A DNA stretch of 23,159 nucleotides from a virus: positions 1-23,159 of the IMG/VR virus record IMGVR_UViG_3300013000_000010; one strand, given 5' to 3'. Positions within the stretch are counted from its first letter, which is position 1. The number at the start of each line of letters is the position of its first letter. A program made the position numbers and the translations under genes. The notes beneath the pieces are model-generated. The model made no database searches and was not told the origin of the DNA. It saw nothing but the letters and a program-made list of their open reading frames with translations. This document shows positions 1-7,546 of the stretch, in pieces.

Positions 1-14
1 CCTGAAAAGGCGAA

Positions 15-33
15 AGGCCGCATATAGCGGCCT
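15..33 (-). terminator. Probable intrinsic terminator downstream of ref
   Basis: AGGCCGC-ATATA-GCGGCCT hairpin, followed on the minus strand by TTCGCCTTTT. Confidence 0.45.
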
Positions 34-176
34 CTCTGGCTTTTAACGTTCCCAACCGCGCGTTGCAGATTAGGTAAGTTGTCAAAAATTCCATCAGGGA
101 ACCGCTAACAGCTTGGGGCGACTGTAAGCGGTTTGTACTTTGCGTAGTTACGGGTCAAGCGAAAAATAAAAATTAT

Positions 177-836
177 TTACTGGGCCGGTAGTAAGTGCGT
201 TATGCCCGCAAGCGCATAGGCTTTGATCATCAATTCCTGTTCAGTGCCATTGTGTCGGGAGAACTCAGCCTTGCCGCCGGTATTGCCGTCCGCATGTACA
301 GGCACCAGCCAGGGGAAATCTGCGCGGATCGTTGCCGGTGCAGCGTGCTGGTGGTGCGGATCGCAAAGTGGGAGCTGTAACAGATGTGCGCCGGATTTCG
401 TCCGCCCCTCGATGTGATGCAGGCTGATTAGCGGCGATTCTTTCCCGTGTTGAAGGCAGGCAATGCAGGGCAGTTTTCCCAGTGCATCCATTACTACGCG
501 CTCGGCTGCGGTCGGGGGGCGTCCTTTAAGGCCTCTGCCTGACGCGCTGGCGCGTGTTTGCCGTTTCGCTGCTACAGGTGCTGGTTTTTTCTCTTTCAGG
601 CGCTCAGAGGCGCTTACAGCGCGTTTCACTGCTTTGGCTCTTTGCTCTGCGATCCATTCAGGAGATTTACGCTTTTCAATCTGCTTGGCAATCATCCTGC
701 TGCTGGTGGCCTTCTGCTTTGCATACTGCTGCTGCCGAAACTCCGGGTCTGCCAGTTTTGCTGCGTGTTTTTCACGCTGACGCTGCTGTGCTTTGGCCTG
801 CTTATCCCGTGCGGCCTGAAAATCTGCCTTTTCCAT
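177..836 (-). CDS. ref: Ref-like recombination enhancement function nuclease (RecA-dependent HNH/Zn endonuclease)
   Basis: Long basic, low-complexity N-terminus, then CIAC...LHHIEGRTK..AH...LPLC..HHQ...PVH zinc/HNH motifs typical of phage P1 Ref. Confidence 0.85.
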   Translation of the reverse strand: MEKADFQAARDKQAKAQQRQREKHAAKLADPEFRQQQYAKQKATSSRMIAKQIEKRKSPEWIAEQRAKAVKRAVSASERLKEKKPAPVAAKRQTRASASGRGLKGRPPTAAERVVMDALGKLPCIACLQHGKESPLISLHHIEGRTKSGAHLLQLPLCDPHHQHAAPATIRADFPWLVPVHADGNTGGKAEFSRHNGTEQELMIKAYALAGITHLLPAQ

Positions 837-944
837 GATCTAACCAAATCTAAATTATTTTTTAGATTGTTGATCACCTTTGCCGCGCTGTAAAGCAATA
901 TGGAATTGACCACTGGAGAAATCGAATATTCGAAAAATACATAA

Positions 945-980
945 CATACGTGTTGTATTTAGTAACGTGTGTGTTAATAT
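945..980 (+). promoter_or_regulatory. Putative hicAB promoter/operator
   Basis: TTGTAT (953-958) and extended -10 TG-T-TAATAT (972-980). An imperfect inverted repeat ACATACGT...ACGTGTGT overlaps it. RBS AAGGAG precedes the ATG at 1020. Confidence 0.5.
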
Positions 981-1019
981 TCTTTTCGTGGCGCACAGCC
1001 ACAGAAAGCAAGGAGCGAA

Positions 1020-1202
1020 ATGAAGTACAGCGAGTTTCGCAGGTGGTTACTCAGCATGGGGGTAGAGTTAACGAAATCCCCTGGTGGAAGCAGCCACTTT
1101 AAAGCGAGGTACAATGGCCGTATAAGCATTGTTCCTTTCCACGGGGCGAAGGAGATACCAGAGCCTCTACGGAAGAAAATAATTAAGGATTTGGGGCTTT
1201 AG
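1020..1202 (+). CDS. hicA: HicA-family mRNA interferase toxin
   Basis: 60 aa, basic, with the MKYSEFRRWL...GSSH.K...VPFHG.KEI...IIKDLGL HicA signature including the catalytic His. Lies upstream of a HicB. Confidence 0.9.
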   Translation: MKYSEFRRWLLSMGVELTKSPGGSSHFKARYNGRISIVPFHGAKEIPEPLRKKIIKDLGL

Positions 1203-1238
1203 GCCCCACCTTTTTCGTATCTGCTGCAGGAGAAAACC

Positions 1239-1688
1239 ATGTTTGTATACCCGGTACAGTTGGAGCACGACAAACCAACCGGCTCTTATGTTGTTTCATG
1301 TCGTGATCTGCCATTACTGAACTCAGTAGGCGATACGGTAGAGGATGCGCTGCTAAACGCGGCTGAAGCTGTTGTTCTGGCAATCTCTATCGAAATGGAC
1401 GAGCGCCGTATGGTGCCGCTGGCCAGTAAGGCGAAGAAGGGCGAATATCTGGTAGGCGTGCCGGTGCTGGTGGCCATGAAGGCTGTTTTACACAATTCGA
1501 TGATCGAGACCGGCACACGAAAAGCAGACCTGGCGCGCAGTATGAACCTGAAAGGCCCGCAGGTTGACCGGCTGCTTGATGTGCATCATCCCTCAAAGGT
1601 GGAATCAGTAGAGCATGCGATCCACCAGCTCGGACGTGCAGTAAGGTTGGGAACGGTTGAGGCGTTTGCTCCAAATAAGCCCGTATGA
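1239..1688 (+). CDS. hicB: HicB-family antitoxin with C-terminal HTH
   Basis: YPV.LE...Y.VS.RDLP...S.GDT.EDAL..A.EA N-domain, plus C-terminal RKADLAR...QVDRLLD..H.SK HTH. Confidence 0.88.
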   Translation: MFVYPVQLEHDKPTGSYVVSCRDLPLLNSVGDTVEDALLNAAEAVVLAISIEMDERRMVPLASKAKKGEYLVGVPVLVAMKAVLHNSMIETGTRKADLARSMNLKGPQVDRLLDVHHPSKVESVEHAIHQLGRAVRLGTVEAFAPNKPV

Positions 1689-1698
1689 CTTTCGGGGA

Positions 1699-1797
1699 TG
1701 TGGATAACTGCGTTGCACAATCAGTTATCCACTTATCCACCGGATAGATCATATAAATCGATCATATAGAGATCATAAATAGATCCTAATAGATCAC
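1699..1797. promoter_or_regulatory. Replication origin core: DnaA boxes and five GATC repeats (P1 oriR-like)
   Basis: TGTGGATAA at 1699-1707, TTATCCACT at 1725-1733 and TTATCCACC at 1733-1741. GATC at 1747, 1760, 1771, 1782 and 1792, within (A/C)GATC(A/C)(T/C) heptamers in AT-rich DNA. Confidence 0.88.
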
Positions 1798-1841
1798 CCT
1801 ACTTTCAACTTGCTGAATTAAATGGGAAAAAGTAGGTTTTA

Positions 1842-1945
1842 CATTAGTCTATTCATGGTAAAAGTTAGTCTATTCATGTTAGATGTTAGTCTGTTCATGG
1901 TAATTGTTAGTTTATTCATGGTAGGGTGTTAGTCTATTCATGGCG
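1842..1945 (+). repeat. Five origin iterons (incC-like), consensus TGTTAGTCTATTCATGGTA
   Basis: TTAG cores at 1844, 1865, 1886, 1907 and 1929 (21-22 bp period, two helical turns), immediately upstream of repA. Confidence 0.93.
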
Positions 1946-1986
1946 GCGGTCATAAATATTCACATCACTACAATCAGGCGATATCA

Positions 1987-2871
1987 ATGGAAAATGGTAA
2001 TCAAATCAAAACAATAAGTGATGCCTTGTCATTTGTTGGTGGTGAAGAAGGGAAGACTTATACACTGACACCAACGGCTAATAGAACTGTCCAGCCAATA
2101 GCATTGATGCGCCTGGGAGTCTTTGTTCCATCGGCTAAAAATAAGCCCACTACAGGACGTGGTAACTCTACTATTGATGCTTCAGAAGACTTGCGCGAGC
2201 TTGAGATAGCAAAAGCAGAGGGTTACACAAATATCACTATTCGTGGCAGTCGCCTCGATATGAGTACGGATTTCAAGACTTGGATAGGCGCTATCCGGGC
2301 GTTCTCTAAGTATGGCGATCACTCCAACAGGATAGAGTTGCCTTTCACTGAATTTGCCAAACTTACCGGGATTGCCGTAGACGATATCAATCAACGCTCA
2401 CGCGATCGTTTTTTTGCGTCTCTTAATCGCATCGCATCCATAGTTGTTTCCTTCAAAAATAAAGATGGCAGTAAAGCCACTATCACTCACTTACTTCAAA
2501 GCGCAACGTTCGACATTGAGAAAGACATTATCTCGCTCGAGGGCGACTCCAGGCTATGGGAGCTGTACGCATTCGATCATAAAGTCTTATTGCAGCTAAA
2601 AGCCATACAGGCACTACCACGCAAGGAATCAGCCCAGGCGCTCTATGTATATATTGAGAGTATGCCTAATGGATTCATACAGATATCGCTGGAGCGACTG
2701 CGGGAGCGACTTAATCTGACGTCCAGCGTTAGTGCTCAAAATTTAGCGGTAAGAAACGCTATGAAGGAGTTGGAGAAGATAGGCTATCTGGCTTACTCAG
2801 AAGTGAAGAAAGATGGTGCAGTGTACTTCCAGATCCACTCGCGGCGACCGGAGCTGTTACCAGCCGAATGA
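1987..2871 (+). CDS. repA: Plasmid replication initiator, P1 RepA/RepFIB family
   Basis: TVQPIALMRLGVFVP, AEGY..I.I.G.RLDM.TDFKTWIG and LPRKESAQALY.YIES motifs. Flanked by iterons. Confidence 0.92.
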   Translation: MENGNQIKTISDALSFVGGEEGKTYTLTPTANRTVQPIALMRLGVFVPSAKNKPTTGRGNSTIDASEDLRELEIAKAEGYTNITIRGSRLDMSTDFKTWIGAIRAFSKYGDHSNRIELPFTEFAKLTGIAVDDINQRSRDRFFASLNRIASIVVSFKNKDGSKATITHLLQSATFDIEKDIISLEGDSRLWELYAFDHKVLLQLKAIQALPRKESAQALYVYIESMPNGFIQISLERLRERLNLTSSVSAQNLAVRNAMKELEKIGYLAYSEVKKDGAVYFQIHSRRPELLPAE

Positions 2872-3097
2872 CGTTAGGTGATTCATGGCGAACGTTAGGT
2901 GAAAACCGGTAACTCACGCATAACGTTAGGCGATTCATGCACGGCATTAGTCTATTCATGGCAAATGTTAGAAAATAGCTGCATTTTTAGGCGTCATGCG
3001 GACAAAACGCCCAGCACACCATGAATAGACTAACGTTTAACGCTTCAGGGTAATAAACACCATGAATAGACTAACGCTTACCATGAATAGACTAATG
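2872..3097. repeat. Downstream copy-control iterons (incA-like) in both orientations
   Basis: Forward copies at 2872-2890, 2924-2942 and 2945-2963 (plus a partial at 2893). Reverse copies (ACCATGAATAGACTAA) at 3017-3035, 3058-3076 and 3079-3097. Confidence 0.9.
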
Positions 3098-3186
3098 TCC
3101 ATGCCATATCAGGTTTGATGTAACTGCTACTGCCCGTCACGAAACCAGCAACGTTTACCGTGCACTGTTATCCCGATTACCAGAAT

Positions 3187-3210
3187 AAAAAAAGCCGCCC
3201 GAAGGCGGCT
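3187..3210 (-). terminator. Intrinsic terminator of the small-peptide mRNA
   Basis: Minus strand reads AGCCGCC-TTCG-GGCGGC followed by T7, starting 4 nt after the TAA of the 45-aa ORF. Confidence 0.85.
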
Positions 3211-3214
3211 AGCT

Positions 3215-3352
3215 TTATTTGCCGTGATTAACAGTAATTTGGGTAGTTATGTTGGTCGTTACAGACCAGCCAGTGCTACCAGAAGCTGCAACCACTCCTG
3301 CAAGTGTCAAAAGTGCTGACACTGACAGGGAGACGATTTTTAATCGACTCAT
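3215..3352 (-). CDS. 45-aa small hydrophobic peptide, candidate type I toxin (MSRLKIVSLSVSALLTLAGVVAASGSTGWSVTTNITTQITVNHGK)
   Basis: Below the ORF-track cutoff and translated by hand. Purine-rich RBS (GCAGAGGAAAGG) before the ATG, basic N-terminus followed by a hydrophobic helix, its own terminator and a long structured leader. Confidence 0.7.
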   Translation of the reverse strand: MSRLKIVSLSVSALLTLAGVVAASGSTGWSVTTNITTQITVNHGK

Positions 3353-3667
3353 AAGGCCTTTCCTCTGCATTTCCGCTGATGAAGAGCGCCACCGGCGACG
3401 TTCTTACATCAGACCCGCAGATAAACTTTGAGCAAAGTAATCGCCTGCGAGCTTTACGGAATTTTAGTGGCCACGCCATTCGTTCACCGGTGCCAGGTGT
3501 GGAGTGCCTGGTGACGTGGAACTAATACATGATTACCCACAAATGCAATGTTACCAACCTGTATATTTGCTTTTCAGATATAAAAATCGCTTGCCGCATG
3601 GCAATAAATCATCTAGTCCAGGGCTGTATATTGTTGTTAAGGCACCCTACACCCCAAGATGTAGTGT

Positions 3668-3676
3668 TTATCCACA
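3668..3676 (+). promoter_or_regulatory. Perfect DnaA box between the divergent peptide and sRNA units
   Basis: Exact TTATCCACA consensus. Function here is unknown. Confidence 0.4.
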
Positions 3677-3754
3677 ACATTACTCACAGTGGGTGCGGCA
3701 GTAGTGTCTATCCCATTTGACACACGTGACGTGTATCTTATTTTGTTGCGGACC

Positions 3755-3782
3755 TTGTTATCGTAACCCCTATGCGTATACT
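3755..3782 (+). promoter_or_regulatory. Sigma70 promoter of candidate antitoxin sRNA
   Basis: TTGTTA (3755-3760), 16-nt spacer, TATACT (3777-3782). The predicted start at ~3788-3790 coincides with the start of the antisense segment. Confidence 0.6.
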
Positions 3783-3787
3783 GAGCC

Positions 3788-3899
3788 TGAGCAAAGTAAT
3801 CGCCTGCGGGATAGAAAAAATTTCGCCGGTGAGCAGAAAGAAGGGTGGAGCCTTCTGACTGAGTTACTTTCAAAAAAGCCGCCTTTGGGCGGTTTTTTT
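3788..3899 (+). ncRNA. Candidate ~110-nt antitoxin sRNA
   Basis: Promoter upstream, terminator at 3872-3899 and no credible ORF. Its first 21 nt (TGAGCAAAGTAATCGCCTGCG) are identical to 3429-3449 and are therefore perfectly antisense to the leader of the minus-strand peptide mRNA. Confidence 0.68.
3872..3899 (+). terminator. Intrinsic (bidirectional) terminator
   Basis: A6-GCCGCC-TTTG-GGCGG-T7. Confidence 0.85.
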
Positions 3900-4162
3900 G
3901 TGCCTGTAGCAACGGTTTTTGGAACATCATAACTTTATTTTTTTAGCTTTCAACTCCATACCATGCTTAGCTTTGCACCTCACGCGCGCCACTCATACTG
4001 TGCATAGACAAAATCATAAATGCAGCTGTTCTTCTCGATCAAGCCCACCAGATATAGGGTTTTGCAAAACGCACATAACTGAGGGAAGTCAGTTAGCAAC
4101 GCTATGAGATTGCCATGAAACCAGCAACATTAGTCTCATGGGACGACTCTGGCCGCCAGCAT

Positions 4163-4188
4163 AAAAAAAGCCGCTTCGAAGCGGCTTT
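4163..4188 (-). terminator. Intrinsic terminator of the 71-aa ORF
   Basis: AAAGCCGCTTCGAAGCGGCTTT palindrome with an A7 run on the left (U-tract on the minus strand). Confidence 0.8.
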
Positions 4189-4195
4189 AAGTTGA

Positions 4196-4411
4196 TCATA
4201 TATTATTTTTTAGCAAAGCATAAAGCATTGCTCTGCTGTCAATCGTGTTCCCATTCAGGTCTTTGCACACCCAGTTTTTTCGCTGAAACGTGATGTAGCA
4301 GTCGGTGCGGTTGATGCGCAGGGGTTCGGTTCTGCCTGCTTCTACAAACCCTTTTGCCTTCCAGATGCCGCGCATCTTATCCAGTTCGATCTGCTTTAAG
4401 CCTAAATTCAT
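4196..4411 (-). CDS. Hypothetical small basic protein, divergent from umuD
   Basis: 71-aa ORF directly followed by a terminator. No family recognised. Confidence 0.55.
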   Translation of the reverse strand: MNLGLKQIELDKMRGIWKAKGFVEAGRTEPLRINRTDCYITFQRKNWVCKDLNGNTIDSRAMLYALLKNNI

Positions 4412-4493
4412 AGTGAGTAAATTCTTAAAATTTTAGAATGTACTTATTCTTATATGAAATCGCCCACTGGTCAATTCCATATCCTTAATCTTA

Positions 4494-4513
4494 TACTGTA
4501 TTTTTATACAGTT
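4494..4513. promoter_or_regulatory. LexA (SOS) box overlapping the -10 of umuDC
   Basis: TA-CTG-TATTTTTATA-CAG-TT (CTG-N10-CAG at 4496-4511). TATACT -10 at 4492-4497. Confidence 0.92.
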
Positions 4514-4529
4514 AAAAGGGGGGGTAATT

Positions 4530-4970
4530 ATGCGCTTAGAGATAATAGCAATACCTGACGAAGCCGCGCCCAGACAGGCTTTCAGGCAGTTTATTGAAAT
4601 GGTAGCAGCGGGTTTTCCGTCTCCTGCCATCGGGTACGAAGACACTCCGCTGGACCTGAACGAGTATTGCGTCAGGGCTAAAACGGCCACTTATTTTGTG
4701 CGCTGCGAGGGTGAGTCGATGATCGGGGCCGGTATTTTTGACGGCGATCTGCTGGTGGTGGATAAATCGAAGGCGGCGGCAGACGGCCAGATCGTGATTG
4801 CCTCTGTGGACGGGGAGTTTACGGTAAAAAAGCTGCAGCTGAGGCCGGTGCCGATGCTGCTGGCCATGAACCCGCGCTATAAGCCGATCCCTGTCGAGCC
4901 TGATGGTCTGGAAATATGGGGGGTGGTGACATACGTCATCCACCGTACTGACAATGTTCCTGCACAGTGA
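4530..4970 (+). CDS. umuD: DNA polymerase V subunit UmuD (self-cleaving, S24 family)
   Basis: AAG/FPSPA cleavage site, catalytic Ser (GESM) and Lys (TVKKL). Confidence 0.93.
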   Translation: MRLEIIAIPDEAAPRQAFRQFIEMVAAGFPSPAIGYEDTPLDLNEYCVRAKTATYFVRCEGESMIGAGIFDGDLLVVDKSKAAADGQIVIASVDGEFTVKKLQLRPVPMLLAMNPRYKPIPVEPDGLEIWGVVTYVIHRTDNVPAQ

Positions 4971-6219
4971 TGTTAACGCCTTCTACGTGTCGGCCGAGCT
5001 GGCATTCAGGCCGGACCTGTACGGGCGTCCCGTCGTGGTGGCGACCAACAATGACGGCTGTATTGCGGCGCTGAACCGCGAGGCGAAAAACGTAGGCCTG
5101 AAGCGGGGCGATCCGCTATTTAAAATCCGCGATACGATACGGCGCTACGGCGTGGTGGTGTTCAGCAGCAACTACACGCTTTATGACGCATTCAGTAAGC
5201 GTTTCCATACGATAGTGGGCGAGTATGTCCCGAACCTAGAAGCGTACTCGATCGACGAAGTGTTTGGCTCTCTGGACGGCATGGAAAAGCTGGTGGACTT
5301 CCAGACATTCGGAGAAGAGATCCGGCGCACCGTTATCCAGCACACCACGATGAAGTGTGGCATAGGAATAGCCGAGACGAAGACGCTCTGTAAGGTAGCC
5401 ACGCACGCAGCAAAGACCTGGCCTAAAACAGGCGGTGTGGTGGTGCTGACCGACCCGAAACGGCGCGACAAGCTGCTATCACTGCTCGACGTCTCCGAGA
5501 CATGGGGTGTTGGCAGAAAGATAGGGGCCAGGCTGCAGCTGATGAACATCAAGACGATGCTCGACCTGGCCCGCGCTGACACAACCATGATCCGCAAAAA
5601 TTTCAATGTGATGCTGGAGCGCACCGTACGGGAGCTGCGCGGCGAACGCTGCTTCGAGCTCGAAGAGAACCCGGCGACCAAGCAGCAGCTGGTGGTAAGC
5701 CGTTCGTTCGGCAAACGCCTCACCAGCCTGGATGAAGTGAGTAACGCCGTGTGCTTCTTTGCCACCAGCGCCGGTGAAAAGCTGCGGCGTGAAAAGCAGT
5801 ACTGCCGAAATATCACGGTATTCATCCAGACCAGCAAACACGATCCGCGCCGCCCGTATTATTCACGCGGCGCCAGCCATTCGTTTACGACGGCCACACA
5901 GGATACCCGCGATCTGATTGATGCCGCCGTGCACGGCCTCAGAGCTATCTGGCGGGACGGCTATGAGTATGCGAAGGCTGGAGTGATGCTTGGGGAGTTC
6001 TGCGGCTCAGAGCAGCAACTGAACCTTTTTGACGAGTCACCGCCGCGCCCCGGCAGCGATAAGCTGATGGCCGTGATGGACAAGCTGAATAGCTACCAGC
6101 GCGGCACACTGTTTATTGCCGGTCAGGGCGTCAATCCGGCTTACCAGATGAAGAGGGAAATGCTATCTCCGCGCTATTTGACGCGCTGGGAAGAGCTACC
6201 CATCGTAAAAATGAAGTAA
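4954..6219 (+). CDS. umuC: DNA polymerase V catalytic subunit UmuC (Y family)
   Basis: D.NAFY.S.E..FRPDL, NNDGC, SSNY.LY, YSIDE and C-terminal MKREMLSPRY.TRW. Overlaps umuD. Confidence 0.95.
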   Translation: MFLHSDVNAFYVSAELAFRPDLYGRPVVVATNNDGCIAALNREAKNVGLKRGDPLFKIRDTIRRYGVVVFSSNYTLYDAFSKRFHTIVGEYVPNLEAYSIDEVFGSLDGMEKLVDFQTFGEEIRRTVIQHTTMKCGIGIAETKTLCKVATHAAKTWPKTGGVVVLTDPKRRDKLLSLLDVSETWGVGRKIGARLQLMNIKTMLDLARADTTMIRKNFNVMLERTVRELRGERCFELEENPATKQQLVVSRSFGKRLTSLDEVSNAVCFFATSAGEKLRREKQYCRNITVFIQTSKHDPRRPYYSRGASHSFTTATQDTRDLIDAAVHGLRAIWRDGYEYAKAGVMLGEFCGSEQQLNLFDESPPRPGSDKLMAVMDKLNSYQRGTLFIAGQGVNPAYQMKREMLSPRYLTRWEELPIVKMK

Positions 6220-6409
6220 TTTGAGATAAGTAGATATTTATCAGTAATTTAACTTAAGTGTAATTTCAGAGTGATTAGTGCCACTACTTTTAGTAGTAGC
6301 GCTGATCACTTCTTGATCGCTTCTTAGAGTGTGCATACAATCAGAAAAAACCGAAAGCGCATAAATTAATGAAATGCGTTAACTTTTTCTGGCTTGGAGT
6401 TGTACGGAT

Positions 6410-6556
6410 ATGACTGACACAGCAAACTTTGCTTTTGTTTTAATGACGCTTTTCTTTGCATTACTGGCGCTGGCAACTGTCGCAACCTTGTGCGGATTGC
6501 CAGCGATGTTGCGCGCGTTTGACGCCTACATAGCCAAATCGAATACCCTAAGCTGA
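6410..6556 (+). CDS. 48-aa small membrane peptide (MTDTANFAFVLMTLFFALLALATVATLCGLPAMLRAFDAYIAKSNTLS)
   Basis: Hand-translated. TGGAG about 10 nt upstream and one long hydrophobic segment. Not in the ORF track. Confidence 0.5.
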   Translation: MTDTANFAFVLMTLFFALLALATVATLCGLPAMLRAFDAYIAKSNTLS

Positions 6557-6698
6557 TCCCCCGATACATCCCGTTTTAAATTTTTGCTTATCTGATGCCC
6601 TGCTGGCTGCAGTTCAAGCCAGCGGGTCTTAGTTTTGCCTGTCAAAATGAAGGTTAACATTAAATTTAAATAATCTTTAGAATGTAATAAACTGATGG

Positions 6699-6902
6699 TT
6701 GAAATTAACCACTGGAATATTACACATGACCGGCACTGCTAAATCCCTCAATCTGAGCCAGCCGTTACTCATCAGTGCTTTACTCGCTGAAATAGCAAGA
6801 CTCCATCCCGGTACCAGCGTCAATAAGGCGCAGTTTGCTGCCGTTGTGGAGGCTGTAAACCATGTAGTAATTGCTTTTAGCCGTGAAAGTGGTGATGCCT
6901 GA
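6699..6902 (+). CDS. Hypothetical protein (true start may be ATG 6727)
   Basis: The stop overlaps the next start (TGATG), which suggests translational coupling. Confidence 0.55.
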   Translation: MKLTTGILHMTGTAKSLNLSQPLLISALLAEIARLHPGTSVNKAQFAAVVEAVNHVVIAFSRESGDA

Positions 6903-7546
6903 TGACTGACCGCTTTTACATGATCTGTACCAGAGATACGGTAGGCAGTAATGCTTCTTTCTGGTGCCAGGATGGTCACGGCTACAACACCAATATCGAA
7001 AAAGCACACGTCTATACCCTGGCAGAAGCACAGAGCCGCTGGAATACAGGCCGGACTATCGATCAACCCGTTTGCGCTGACAGCGTGGATGCACTGGCCG
7101 TCATTCACGTTGACCACCAGCATGTACCAGGTCAGTCGATCATTACCCCTGACTGCAGCCGGTATGTTGCCTTTCAGAAAGGGCGCTGGGATGGCAATGA
7201 CCTGTACTGGCTCCGCAACGGCGGTCTGCCGACGACCGACTTCACACAAGCGACCATTTTCGATAGACCGGGCGATACGGCCGAGCTGGTTTGGCTACCG
7301 TTCGCCACGGCTGACGCAGTAAAGCGCCGCACGTTCCCCATTGCCATGCTGGATCATCGCCGCATGGTGCAGGGTGCTGGTCTGCGAGTACCAGCGCACA
7401 TCAGCCGCGCCCGCCGCCGCAAGCCAGGCACAGGAAAGACGCGCCTCAACTGCCCGGACTGTGGGCGCATTCACTGGCAACTCAATCCGTATGTCTTTGA
7501 AGGCTGCGCTGACTGGCAGTGTGCGGGAGCGCGTACGCATGGATAA
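6902..7546 (+). CDS. Hypothetical phage protein with internal repeat and C-terminal Cys cluster
   Basis: Two similar segments (GSNASFW...GYNTNIEKA and GNDLYW...LPTTDFTQA) and CPDCGR...C..WQC. Coupled to its neighbours. Confidence 0.7.
   Translation: MTDRFYMICTRDTVGSNASFWCQDGHGYNTNIEKAHVYTLAEAQSRWNTGRTIDQPVCADSVDALAVIHVDHQHVPGQSIITPDCSRYVAFQKGRWDGNDLYWLRNGGLPTTDFTQATIFDRPGDTAELVWLPFATADAVKRRTFPIAMLDHRRMVQGAGLRVPAHISRARRRKPGTGKTRLNCPDCGRIHWQLNPYVFEGCADWQCAGARTHG

Noticed and set aside
1842-3097. Repeat clusters as a CRISPR array
   Set aside because: The repeats are ~19-bp non-palindromic units with 2-3 bp or irregular gaps and mixed orientation around repA, which fits iterons. No cas genes are present.
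3559-3640. CTGTATAT half-sites (3559, 3624, also 9901) as LexA boxes
   Set aside because: None has CAG at the CTG-N10-CAG position.
3429-3808. 21-bp direct repeat as a target-site duplication, att pair or mini-CRISPR
   Set aside because: There are only two copies, 359 bp apart, with no mobile gene between them. The promoter and terminator layout fits an antisense sRNA better.
3249-4107. ORF-track calls of 60-97 aa in this interval
   Set aside because: They have no convincing RBS, overlap each other, and some cross terminators. The 45-aa ORF plus sRNA explains the signals better.
4127-4141. ACATTAGTCTCATGG as an extra iteron
   Set aside because: It lacks 3 internal bases of the consensus and is isolated. 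It may be an arm of a local hairpin.
3187-4188. Three AAAAAAGCCGC stems as a repeat family
   Set aside because: Each is explained as an ordinary intrinsic terminator.
7341-7538. N-terminal extension of the methyltransferase ORF in the track
   Set aside because: It overlaps the upstream gene by ~200 bp. The motifs begin at ATG 7539.
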